Below are positions 24,721 to 37,604 of a stretch of DNA of 64,000 bases, one piece after another. A program made the translations under genes and the position numbers. The stretch covers positions 56,916,001-56,980,000 of the forward strand of contig NC_134468.1 of assembly GCF_964194025.1 (NCBI RefSeq), read 5' to 3'. How positions within the stretch are numbered: the stretch's first letter is position 1; every line of letters starts with the position of its first letter. Source of the stretch: Convolutriloba macropyga. Its lineage: Eukaryota. Under the pieces are notes generated by a model that worked only from the letters and a program-made list of their open reading frames with translations, was not told where the DNA came from and ran no database searches.

Positions 24721-26299
24721 TCAGCGTTTGGTTAAGCGTTGTGACATATTGCCTCGACCACTCTTTTCAAAGTGCCAACAGTGTGTGCATACAGTATTTT
24801 ACCTCGGCGCATGCCCTCCCTTTGCCCAAAGAAAGGATTTTCCGAGACACAATAAACTGCAGGAATCCCTTGCAGTGATTTTAAGCAATGTGCACCATGA
24901 TGATGAGATTGAGGCTAGTCTTCGATCATTGCTCTTATATCTTCCAAAAAGTGAATGATGAAATGATTTACATCAAAGCTGAGGATCTTTGTGCGTTAGA
25001 TTTCTATGAAAAACTATTTCGTCTTAAGACTTATCATTGCACTATGGCCAAAGTTAACCTGAAATCAGGAGCGGAGCATGCAAATGTCGATTTGATAAAA
25101 ACAATTGCTAACCATCAAAATTTAAAATATAATTAGAAAGGCAGTTTCAGTGCGCATATAAGATCAGTTTTGTATAGGTTCGATGAATCTTAAATATGCT
25201 GATATCACGACTTCATCAAAATAGGCCAACTTGTAAAATAGCTCTATTTGCTTTCAATGTTCTTCCTTTCTATTCATTTTTAAAACTTTATTTAGAGATA
25301 AAATTGAAAAAAAAGCTTTGTTCAGATGCCGAATTGTTGGATACCGGACCGAGTAATATGCCCTAATATGGAGAGTTATTTATCTCGCGTTTTGTTTTTG
25401 CAGTACGATGAAAAGGTTCCTTTTCCCTGCTTAGAAGTTTTTGAAGTTTGCTCATCTGAGTTGTGGATAAATGTGTTAAATACGACACCAGTGGAGTGGA
25501 TCGATTAAGCAAAAGTTAACCAAATCTGATTGGTGTACTGTAGATTTATTAATATCACCGTTTTTTCAGGTATCTTGTATTTAATCACGGAAAGAAATCA
25601 TAGAAAGATATCTGGATGTTAACAAATTTCACAAAAGGTTTCAAAAAAAACTTTCTGTAGTATTTGTACTGTAGAACATAGTCCTTGTAGCAATGTTCAG
25701 GAATATTGATTTCTGGTATTATCAAACTTCAATAAGTGTTGGACAAGAAATGGTTTTTTAATACAAGATTAAAGAACTATGTTTAAAGAAAAGATCAAAT
25801 TGATAACATCACAGAAAATCTCTGTATGAAAATTATAATATTTGCTGTAAATCAACATAAATTTCCCGCAAAGCAACAGACAGTTGCAGTTTTTTTTTAA
25901 AATTGGGTGATTGCTAAATATGCTTTAAAAAACTCTGAAAAATTTGAGTTGAAATAAATTGAAAACTTTTCCAAAATTGAAAAAAAATTCGTTCCTCTAA
26001 ATGTGCCTTTCTCAACAGAAAATGGATAAATTTTTGCAGATTAGAAGTGTGTTTGATTAATTTGAGATTGATTAATAAAAAAAAATTTGCTCATCATAAA
26101 TTATTACTGCTCTAAATTTTGTGGACTAATAAAGTTATGTGATCCTGGCAATGTCTCCGGGATCTACTAACCGCCAGGACTCAAAGAAACCTACGAGGAT
26201 TGACGGACCAAAAGGAGAAAAATATATCCTGGATCTTTCCAGAATTCAAGACTGCTATTCTGGAATTCCGCCGGCGGGTTTTTGTTTCTGGATCAGCCC

Positions 26300-29200
26300 A
26301 TGCCAGCGCCACTGATCCGTGCTCTACTTCTCATTGCTGGCACAGAATGTAATCCCGGACCGGACACTAGATAGTTATGTGGTGTTTGCGGGAAGAATGC
26401 CACCAGAGGATGCTGTGAATGTGTATCATGCAGAGGATGGTTTCACTTAAAAAGCATCGGAGACACAAAGCCAAAGCAACCAAGGTCCTGCCATGAATGT
26501 TCAACCACGAGCAAATGGCTATTTGGAGTATGTGGATTGAACGTAACTCAATCTGCCATCGAATGTGTAAGGTGCAAGATATGGAATCACTACAGCCGCG
26601 TTGGACAAATTAGTGATGAAACTCGATCATGGTTCTGTCAAAAGTGCAAAAACATTCCAACCAATCCTTCTTTTACAACGTTAAAATTTCTACAACTAAA
26701 CATCAACGGAATGAGGAAGAAGAAGGAAGAATTATCGATCATTCTCCAAGACAACAATTTTGACATAGCTCTTCTGCAGGATACCAAAATCCCTCAAAAT
26801 TCGCAGATTGCTTTTGACGGATACAACATCATTCGAAAAGACAGAAACGAGAATGGCGGAGGAGTATGCACCCTGTTAAAAAAGACCTCAAGTACAGTGT
26901 GATTGCCACTGAAGATGATCTTGAAATGCTGGTATTGGACGTTCATGGAAAGGAAACGCTTCAAACGATCAACTACCATCTTTCTCCGAATGGAAATGTC
27001 AACCAAAGCAAGTTTTCAAGAGCCAACTCGTCCCGACAGTTTGCTGCAGAGATGCCAATGCCCATAATGCCGTATGGTATTCTGAACTGCCTGCAGACAC
27101 AAGAAGTACTGCATGTGAAGCGATATCCGAAAGTACCCTTGTTGTGCCTATTGAGTACAGACAAACCAGAAGAGCTCTGAATGGAAATGAAAAGCAGTCA
27201 TGCCTTGACAATACAGCAGCAACAGAGGATATTGCAATCTGCGCATCCAGGATTGTTCTCGACAATCAGTTAAGTAATCATTATCCCTTACTCGTCACTT
27301 ATTTGCTCAGACCCTTCCATATGGAAAAGAAAAACAAAACAAAACCGAAATTCAAAAAAGCAGAATGGAACCTTTTCGCCCAAACATTAGAGAGTCTGTG
27401 CTTACCGATTACGAAACTCCGGATACCGTTGAAACAGGTGAAAAAGTATTCCGGGCAGCTGTTGTAAAAGGCTCTATGCTAGCCATTTCTCATTGTCGCC
27501 ATCACGAAAGCCCGATCAAAGTACCAAATGAAATAATAGAGTTGATCCTGCAACGTGGCCAATCAAAAGTTGAAAGTGTAATCAACGATAGTAACGACCA
27601 AATTCAATCCTTGTTACAAAACACTGAAAAGATCAGTGGATGGAGTTCTTGGAAAAATATTAGGCATCTGAACACTGGAAAGCTGTGGAACACCATCAAA
27701 TGAACGAATGGAAAGAAACCAGAACTGAAAAATGAGCTCGTTAAATTTAATGGCAAAGAAGTAAAGGATCCAAAGAAAATCGTCAACAATTTCAACAAGG
27801 AGTTCACAAGGTCTTTTCGCGTTGAAAAAAGCAAGCTGAAACAAAACAAAAGACTAGCGAAAAAGGTAGAAGACGAAGACTTCATTGTTTCGACTAAGAT
27901 GATTGACGAAGCTCTAAAACTGACCATCAACAGAAAAGCCCTTGGGCCAGATGGAATTACGAATTTACATCTGAAGAAGGCAGGATTAATTGCGAGAGAA
28001 TACTTAGCAGGACTGGTCACTCTAAGCTTTAGCTGCAGCAGCATACCGGCAAACTGGTAGCAAGCAATAGCAATTCCGTTGTTGAAATCCGGGAAACCAG
28101 TGGATCAGGCATCCAGTTACAGAACTGTCAGCTTACTCTCACCCGTGGCATGCTTGTTGGAAGAAATAATTCTACCTGTATTGACCTCAAAGATAACTCT
28201 TATTCATTTCCAACACGGCTTCAGAAAGAAACACTCAATTAAAACGGCATTAAGTGCGTTCACTCAGTCTGTTATCTCCGGTTTTGGTCAGAAGAGCACC
28301 CCAACTAAAACTGTTGTGGTAGTTTTGGATCTTAGGCATGCCTTTGATACGGTGACTCTCAGCCTACGGAATCAATACTGAAGTCCAATCTGCCAAATTC
28401 AATCAAGAAGTGGCTCTCAGGATGACTTACTCGAAAACATCAAAAACGGAATTTCGATGAAGTCATCATCTCCTGAATGGAAGTAGGAGTGATCTCACTT
28501 TTCTTCTTCGATGGTTTCTGAGAGATGTGCATCAGCCGCGACGCAATGTTAAAGTGGTCTGTTACGCTGATAACATCACTGTCTACTGTTCTTACCTCTA
28601 CTACAAAGAAGCTGTCAAAAATTTCAATGGATACCATAGAGATCTTAATATCTTCTTCCACAGAAAATAGTTGTTTCCCTCGCCCTCGAAGTGCTCTGCC
28701 ATTCTACTATCCACCTCCCACTCGGACTTGAATGAAGATTTAGATGTCGTTCTGAGTACGGACCTGATAAAAACAGTCAAGGATTTTATCCTGCTTGGAC
28801 CTAAGGTTGATCACTCGCTGACCTCTAAAGATCAACTAAAAGACCACGCTTTAATGATCATGCTCTGGTTGAAAGAGCCTCGATGAAAAACAAAATTCTG
28901 CAATCCCTGACATCAAAATCATGCAGACTGCAGAAAGAGCAACTGACGACTGTTTACAAAACCATTACTCGTTCCACCTTCAACTACGCTGCTCCTTATT
29001 GGTCTTTGAATGTTTCCACAACCAATTGGAATAAACCTGAAAGTAAAAAAAACGAGGCATTGAGAGTTATCACTGGATGTGAAATCACTGCAACCTCTTG
29101 ACAGCCCAGTTTGTGCCTCAATTCATGACCCCAACCACCATTGCATTGATCTACTGACGAAACTCACCTACAAAGAGAAGGAAACGCTTTTCACTTTTGC

Positions 29201-29594
29201 AAGAAATTGTGAGGAAACGTACGCAATTGACATGAAAATTCCAAAAGCGCAAAAGATCCTACGCACCAAATTTGTGGAGTCTACGGTGAGAAACAGTGAA
29301 CCCAACAGATTACTTCACGCCATTCCCTGCGTGACCCCCGAAAAAGTTGACAGAGGTGAGGCAGGATTCTCCGGAAAAGAAACTGTTTTCCTCTCTCAAA
29401 TGAGGTCTTCCTACTGCCCTCTTTTAGGAGATTTCAGAAAAAAAATCAACAGCGACAAACCAGATACTTGCAGGAAATGTCATAAAGAGCGTAAAACAGC
29501 AGCACACGTTTTTGAATGTATTGGTGGAATCAAGTGCAAAAATCTTAGGCAGTCCACCGAAAGTTTATTCTCGAGGCTTGGAGAAATCCTGGCC

Positions 29595-29597
<3 letters not shown>
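26300..29597 (+). pseudogene. LINE ORF: 2A-like peptide + PHD x2 + AP endonuclease + reverse transcriptase + Zn finger (disrupted)
   Basis: ATG 26300 begins MPAPLIRALLLIAGTECNPGP. Two Cx2C..Cx2C..W.H..Cx2C units follow. APE motifs: FLQLNINGM, DIALLQDTK, RKDRNENGGGV, SNHYPL. RT motifs: KALGPDGI, SYRTVSLLS, QHGFRKKHS, LDLRHAFDTV, YADN. C-terminus: LSQMRSSYCPLL...CRKC...HVFEC. Many stops and frameshifts. Confidence 0.9.

Positions 29598-29623
<26 letters not shown>
29597..29623 (+). repeat. (AAC)9 retrotransposon 3' tail
   Basis: Perfect AAC repeat directly after the ORF stop and directly before the 3' TSD copy. Confidence 0.95.
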
Positions 29624-29625
<2 letters not shown>

Positions 29626-30274
29626 AGTTAGTGATTCTGGCTTTTTCTAAAAGTCGAATCACTTTTTGCCCTTTTTTCAGTTCTAGGAAAAGGTAATATC
29701 TTCAAAAGCATATTTAGTTTTGATGAGTTCTGAAAACATCACTAACAAAAAAAACACTGCTTGATATTAATTTCGGAGCACTTTTACCATAAATTAAACT
29801 TCGAGATCTTTAAAATAATTAATTGCTTTTTTGCAAGGTTGTGGAGTTTCTAGAGAAAAGGAATATGATAAAAAACTATTGTTTTTTATTTTAGTCAAGA
29901 TGAGTAATCAATCAGCTCCATGAGTCTTCAGGAGTTTTTATTTGAATTAGTTGACTTAACAATCTTAACAATTTTAAAGTCGACGGTTTGTTTTTTCTCC
30001 ACACTATAATTTTGGAAAAGTCCCGAGCTTTGGAAATGCCCGCGACGTGAAGCAAAAAAATCGAGGATTGGATTGGCGGGATATTTCTTTCCAAAAAGAA
30101 GGCCAAAGCTGATATTTGATAAACAATTTGCAAGGAACTCTTCTCTAGTGTTTTTTCACATCTATTTTTATCCTGAAACAAATTGCAACAATCAATCTTT
30201 GAGATCCCTAGTGGTCACTGCAAAAATTAGGATACAATTCTTTATGAAACAAACCTCTTCTTTTATTTTTTATT

Positions 30275-33200
30275 AAACCAGACGGCTCGTTAATGTGCGT
30301 TCGCACATGTTCCGACCCGAGCTCATCTGAATTTTTGACTTAATTCTCAACAAAATGAAGAAAAAACAAAAATAGATGTTTGCTTTTAAAACAATTGTTA
30401 CACAACCTATCTACTAATTGAATAACATTATGCCATGCCTTATTACAACGCCAATGAGATCTGACTTTACAGAGACTACGAGACAAAAAAATAGCAAAAA
30501 CAAAAATTTCACGGCAGAAACTGAATATCTAAATTCAAAAGCACATAGTAACAACGTCAAAATGCAGTCAGATAAAACCTTAACTACTCAAATTTAATTT
30601 GTCCTAACTATACAGTGGACGGAAAGTTTTCTTAATGAGACTATGTTACGATCAATGAGGCGAAACTCAAGAATTAATCAACAATTTTTAAACCAAGAAC
30701 TTTCAAAAGTCTTAGGAATCATTAGCTTTTAACTAAATAATCCATGGTAAATTACTAAAATGTTTCTACAAAACCAAAAGGCTTTGTCTTTCTGTAGTTT
30801 AAGCCTTAGAAAAGAACTAAAGAAAAACTTAAAAATTTTGAAACGTTTTGCGAAAACACAAACTATTGCTACCAATAAAACCATTAGCTATTATCTGAAT
30901 ATTATGTATTTTTAACTCAATTCTTATTTCTACTAATTCAGCTGCAGGAATTATACTGAGAGATTTGATAAGTTTTTTGGGCCATATTTGTAAACCATTG
31001 GGATCTGTTACTACGCAATTGTTCTGAAGGAAGAGAAAAAGGAGCGCAAAAAATGACCACTCAAAAAACGTTCATAAAAACGCATATTGTCCGACAAACA
31101 AAGCATTGGTGAAAAAAATATCAATAGATATGTTTTTTATGGAATACAAGAAATTGGATGTAGCCATTGATGAAAATAAGTTACAATTTGACAAAAAGAA
31201 CAACAAAAACTGAAAAGTTTGAAAAATGTTTGAAAATGTATATCATAAACTTTAAGACTAAAGGCTATAAACTGACTAATGGATTCGGGTAACATCATTA
31301 ATTCAATCCTGAATTACAAATCTAAGAGACTTGTCAGCAATTTACGGCTACCTAAAGAACAAAAACAAGCAAAAAACGGCAACTTCAAGAAAAAAAAATT
31401 GAGCGAGAAAGGGGTCGAAGGCAATAAAAAATGAACTTTTCACTAAAAGTTTTCTATGCTCAAATAATTTTTTAGCAGCAATGGAGTTTCTGCAACTCCT
31501 CTGTTTTATCAATAAGGTTTCAGAAAATCAAATATGAACAAATACATACACGAAACTTTTGAGAAAACTCATAGTCTGAACGCCATTAATTTCATTTGCA
31601 TTCAATGGAATCCACTAAAGACGCTACATTATGCCTCCATGGGACAACAAGGTTATTGGCCATTCATATTTGGTCAATAAAAGCTTACAACAAGTTATTG
31701 AAGATGAAAAGTAAAACAAAGACAGACATCAACCTAAAATTCAGTAGAAAAGTGCCAAAAGAAAGCGTCGAAGGAAATTAAATCGTAACTTTATCTCTGA
31801 AAACTTTAAATATGATCCGTTGAACGTCTTCCCTAAACCAATAAGAACTATCAGTATTAAGATAATGTGATAAGGTTTCAATAGCATCCAAAAATAAAGA
31901 ATACCCGAAAATTTAAAAAAAAATTGAAAACTAGTGGCATTGAAGTTTTAAAACTAATAGGTGGAAGATAAAACCCGCTAATCAGATTATCCTTGGCTGC
32001 ATTAGAAACAAAAAAAGGTGATCTTGTAATTACTAAGACTGACTAAAATTCGACGAAAGAAAGGTTTAGAATTGGTTAAAGTTAAAAAAAATTTTAGAAA
32101 AATTTAAATTCTTAACAGCCATTGAAATCAAAAGCTTTTAACGCAGGTTAATAATTACGCTCAGAAATAACACAATGACAGGAAAAAGATGTTTATCAAG
32201 CATAGATAATCAATAGAAGATCACAATAAGTCTTAAGACTATGAAAACAACAACAAAAACATGCGAAAACAAAAATTCAGTAGAAAAGAGCGAGAAGAAA
32301 ATTTCGAAGCCATTTAAATCATTAGCTTTTCTGTGAAAATTTTATCTTTGATCCGCTGAATGTCTTTTCCAAGCCAATGTGATTAGAATAATATTTGATT
32401 TTTGTTTATAATATTTGGATAATGTGATAAGAGTTCAAAAGTAACAAATAATACGAAAATATCCAAAAATTAAAAAAAAAATTTGAATTCATGTGTTATT
32501 GATGTCATATAATCAAAAGTTAGAAGATAAAACCGCCAACAGAATTTATTTTAGTTTCAGTAGAAAGCAAATGGGTTCTGTCAATAGTGAGACTGACTAA
32601 CAGTTCACGAAAATTTTAAGATTGGTTAATGTTCAAAAAAACTTTTAGAAAAATTATTTTTAAACTCTTAACAGCCATTTAATTCAATAAATTTCAACCG
32701 AAGTCAATAAATACGCTCAAAAATGCTTCAATAGGAGTAAAAGAATGCTTGTCATGCATTGGTGATCAATAACACATCACAACAAGTCTAATGACTATGA
32801 AAACAACAAAATCAGGAAACAAACCAAAAATTCAGTAGAGAAGTGCGAGAAGAAAAGGTCGAAGCCATTTGAAACCAAGTTTTTCACTGAAAAATTTACC
32901 TGTGATCCACTGAACGTCTTCTTGAAGCCAATAGGAGCTGTCAATAGGATAATCTGATAAGATTTCAAAACTAACCAATAAAAAGGAAAAATCAAAAAAG
33001 TTTTAAAACTTTTTGAAATCTTGTGTCATTAAAGTCATATTACTAAAAATTAATAAATAAAACCACCAGCTAGAACAAAATTGGTTACAGTAGCACAGAA
33101 GAGGGTGCTGTCATCACAGAGACTGTCGTACAGTTCACGTTAATAAGTTTATGATTGGTTAATGTTCGAAAAAAATTTTGAAAAACTGTTTTTAATGTCT

Positions 33201-33905
33201 TAACAGCCATTAGGTGTCCACACAAAGCACTAGATATGTTCACATAAATCTCATCAGGGAACATATTTTACTGTTAGTCAATGAGTCCATGCCATTAGAC
33301 TCCAAAAAATTAGTGAAACCTCAAAAGAAATTTAAAATTTCACTCAAAATTACGAAAATTCAGAGTCGAATTAAAAAAAAATGAGCAATTCATTGAAAAC
33401 GATTATTTTGTTCATTGGGCTTCATTTGACTGTAAAGGAGTTTTGAAATTAACGGAATCTCGTTATGAAAAGTGACTTGTCACTAGGTGACTTAAAAAAG
33501 CAAAAAAAATAGAGAAGTTTTTAAAAAAGAGCTCACAAATAGATTACGAATATTTTTTTATTTTGAAGCTCCCTATGAGACCAGAACTAGTCTTTTTTTG
33601 CCTTTAGTCTATTAGAAACACAAAATTGGTTCATTTTTAGGCATGAAATTTGAGTTTGAAATGCTTCTTTATAGAAAATATCTTAATCTGAAAAAAAATC
33701 ACACTAAAAGTGAACAAATATCCCATACAAAATTTCAATCCTCGATAACTCCTCGAAAAAAAAAAAAAAATCAAAAAATTTTTTTAACTTTAAATTCTAC
33801 GCTGGACCAGCTTTTTAATGAAACCACTCACATTTCTCTGCGATGAATATATCGATCGGCCAAAATTGACTGAACAAAAAAACCCATTTGAGTATATAAT
33901 TCCTC
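30275..33905 (-). mobile_element. Helentron/HINE-like element, copy 2 (right terminus truncated)
   Basis: The left end has the stem-loop ATGTGCG-TT-CGCACAT (30293-30308) abutting TGTTCCGACCC (30308-30318), the reverse complement of the terminal GGGTCGGAACA of copy 1. It is collinear with copy 1, has three ~545-bp internal units, and ends at ...gagtatataattcctc. Confidence 0.7.
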
Positions 33906-34099
33906 AATTGTAACTCCGTTTAGTCAGTTACTTCATAGAAAATTTCTGTACTAGAGTGTTCCCCAGTTCGGATTTCGCCATGAGAGATTTTCATCGCCTG
34001 AGAGGTCGATCGTCTCCCTATTCTGTAGTGCATTTGAATGAGGGTATATTACTATCTCCAAGTCACACTGAAAATTTCATTGTATTTTTTGTTAAAGAA

Positions 34100-34560
34100 A
34101 GTTCAAGGAAACGAAGTGGTCGTGGTTTCAGGACAGAGGGTTTCTTGATATTGATCTTTATTGGCAGTCTATTCCTGAGGGCACCGGTACGGAAGAAAAA
34201 GTTATGTTCGTTTAAGTACGGGGTTTGCGATGATCAAACCTAAAGTCGTGTCAGGATCGGTTGTCACGAGTGCAACTCTTTACAGGTACGGATTAAAAAC
34301 GAAATCAAAATAACCGTTATACATCTGAAAAAAAGTGCGCAGATCTGGTATCTGTATGAATAATGACAGGGAAAGTGTTCCGGGAAGCTCTTTGTAACAG
34401 GAGTCCTCTGTAAGTACTCTTTCAGTCCGAAAAAGTCCATTTGAGAGATCGCCTCTCGATTTTTTTTCAAGATTTTGATTCATCGACTTTGGCATACCAT
34501 CAAGTAGGAAGGCACTTGTAATTAGAATTTCCTTAAAGAGTTTTACGTTGACTCTCCTAC
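34100..34560 (-). pseudogene. Highly decayed 3' fragment of a CR1/L2-group LINE ORF2
   Basis: Minus-strand translation fragments LE.K.R..., LSLSLFIQIPDL and NFFFRTGALRNRLP resemble the post-RT C-terminus (FF.R...WN.LP) of these LINEs. Confidence 0.4.
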
Positions 34561-34699
34561 GTTGACTCTCCTACTCTCACACGTTGCATTCTCCTAGCTA
34601 AATATCATTATAGCAATTTGAAGGCTATGTTCTGGAATGCCAATTTTGCATAATTCTCTACCAAATGAGGAACAGATGGAAAAAAATTCAAGTGTTTTT

Positions 34700-37604
34700 C
34701 AAAAAAAAACTGGTTTATGAAAGAAAAGATAGCCTCCAAAGCAAATAACTCAGTGGAGTATAAAATGATGCATTAAATTGATGAGATTTGCTGATATTAA
34801 GAACGCGAGCGAAAACAAACAACAAAATCAAACAACAACAACAACAAACATTATTTACAGCAAAAATTCGTTATATGAAATCTCTCATCTCCGTTTTATA
34901 AAACAAAACTTAATTACAAAGTCAAAAAAGCGTCAGATAAAACTGAAAATAACCAAAATAACGTGTATTTTACCAACAAAAAATGGTTGTTCACCAGTTC
35001 ATAATAAAGCTTGGTAACAATTAGACAAAAAATAACAGAAACTTTAAAGTTAGAAAATTCGTTGAATTTTTTTAAAAAAAAAAACAATTAATTTCAAAGT
35101 AATGAAAACCATTAGGAATCAACTAAAATATCCCATAGGTTTACAACTACCAATGCTTCTATAGAAGAGAATTAAGAACTCTTGATATTCAATTTTTTAT
35201 GCAGTTACAAATAGAACAGCAAATAGACAACAAACTAAAAATCAATTAAAATTTGCCAGAAAAGGCTTCGGAAGCCGTAAAGCCATACTTTTGCCCCCAA
35301 AATATGTTCGATTGCACCTTCGTCGAACACCGATAATGTATTATTTATTTGACCGCTCATTATTGAAAATAGGCAACAATTAGACAAAAAAGAAAAATAT
35401 GCAAAATTATGTAATAATTGTTTTTTTTTCGAAAAAAAATTTATTTCCAAAGACATAAAAGTCATTAATTACAGATTGAAAAATTCGAATAGGTTCGTCC
35501 ATTCTTTCAAAGAAGCCCTTGAGACCTGCAATTATTCTGAATATGTCTTACGTCTACAAAAGGAACGTCAAATATGGCAAAAATAAAAAATTCATTTACT
35601 TTTTTTTGTGAAAAACCGTGTGGAAGCCAGTAAAGTCATTACCAATTCTCTTAAAACATTTGATTTTGTGACGCCAATCCCATTTGACATATTCTGTTGA
35701 AATGCATTATGTGACCTCTCATTAATGAAACTAGATAACAATTAGACTAAAAACAAAAAAAAAGCGGTTTTTGAATAACTGTTTTTATCGAAAAAAATTT
35801 ATTTCCAAAGATATGAAAGCCATTAATTACAAAATGAAAAAACTGAATAGGAAACCCTTGAGACCTGCAATTATCCAGAACAAGTCTTACGTCTACAAAT
35901 AAAATGTCAAATATGACAAAAATCAAAAATTAATTTACATTTTTTTGTGAAGTGTCGAAGCCAGTAAATTCACAACGAATTCTTTAAAAACATTAGCTTT
36001 TGTGACATCAATCCCTTTTGACACCTTCCCCTGACAAAAATAATGTAATCTTTAACCATTAATTATCGAGACCAGGTAACAAACAGACAAAATAAGGTAC
36101 AAAATTGCGAAAATGAAATATTTTTTTTTCGTTTTGGAAAACCATTGGTTTCAAAGTCATTAAAGCCATTATCTATCTTCTAATATCAGAAAATTGGCTC
36201 ATCTACTCTTCCAAGAAAAGCCAATCAAACCGGGTCATTGTACAAGAAATTAAATACGACTAAAAAGACAAAGTAAAAACGACAGTTAAAGACAAAATTA
36301 AAAAGGTCAATTAAATTCCTGGAGAATGTACTGTCGAAGCGGTTAAGAACCACAATCTATATCTTTAAGGATTTAATTATTATCAATTGTGTTGTGCGTT
36401 ATATTGAACGCGAAAAATGTGATATATGAACTGACAATAACGTGATAATTTGACAAAACTAGAAAACATGAAAAATGGGCAAATACCTAAAAATTTTAAA
36501 AAATTGTGAAATCTAGTAGTAACCAAGCATAACTTCAGGCGTAAAACCGCAATACATATTCAATTTGAATTAAGCAGAAAGAAGTAGCACTCTTTGATTG
36601 CTGACACTAAGCTACAAGTTGACCAAATTAAGAGAAAAATGGAGGCAAAGTTCAATAAGCCACTTTTTATTTAAAAAGCAAATATTTTAAAAGTGAAAAC
36701 GACCATAAGCTTTTCAGCAATCTCCTAGATAAATAAATTGCGAGCTAAATAGCAAGCCAATATAACCTATCACTAGTGAGCTTTGATTTGAAATGTTCTG
36801 TTATTTAATTTTTATAAAAAAAAGATCAATTTTTTTTAATAAAAAACCGACTAACGACTATCCGAATTTTTTTTTGAATTGTAACGGTCCAAGATTGGTA
36901 CAGAACTAGTTCTGCTAATGCTGATTGTCCATTAGGAATATTTTATCTTTGGAATGTCATTGATAGAGATATTTTGTTAGTTCAAAAATCAAAACTAAAT
37001 GCTGGCTCTTGATAATAAACGAATAAAGTTAGCAAAAAACGGCAAAGTTTTATTTACAGAGCACTCTCAACGGACGTTGAAGTGGAATTAGCCCCCTTTT
37101 CAGTCTACAAAGATTGTGTTAGTGGTGTTTGGGTGTGCACTTCCTTCAAATTGAATCAGAGTGGACTAAAAACACTTATTTCGTGCTGTTTCTGATGAAA
37201 AAGTCTGAATTTTGTGAAATATTTAGCCGGTATTTGTGACAAAAAAAATTCAATGAAAATAGCCGACAATTTGTTCTGTCTTTAAACGTAAAATCAACAA
37301 CATTTTTTTCAAAAATTTTATTAAATTTTATCAAAATTCGCGAAATTTTAGTCAAAAATTACGAAAAAAGTGAATGAAATCAACGGAATTCACTCTATTT
37401 TCTCGAAAATTTAAACCTCGATATCTCCTTGTCAAAAACGAAAATAAAAAAATCTTTTTAATTCCATATTCTACTCTGGACGAGATTTCTGATGATACCA
37501 GTCTCAACTCTCTACGATGAATATATCGATCGGCCAAAATTGACTGAACAAAAAAAACCCTTTTGAGTACATATTTCCTCCCACCTCAAGAGGGGTTGGA
37601 ACAA
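34700..37604 (-). mobile_element. Helentron/HINE-like element, copy 3 (divergent subfamily)
   Basis: The terminal ~200 bp matches copies 1 and 2 (gatgaatatatcgatcggccaaaattgactgaacaaaaaaaaccc) and ends CCTC-AA-GAGG...GGGTTGGAACA (37593-37603). The interior has the same A-rich degenerate subunits. Left boundary approximate. Confidence 0.65.

Larger units (their letters stand above)
26143..29623 (+). mobile_element. Ingi/Vingi-like non-LTR retrotransposon (APE-RT, no visible RNase H), full-length, decayed
   Basis: Flanked by an imperfect direct repeat aaagttatgtgatcctggc (26131-26149) / aaagttagtgattctggc (29624-29641). An (AAC)n tail follows the stop directly. The single ORF carries a 2A-like leader, two PHD fingers, APE, RT and a C-terminal Zn finger. 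Confidence 0.88.
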
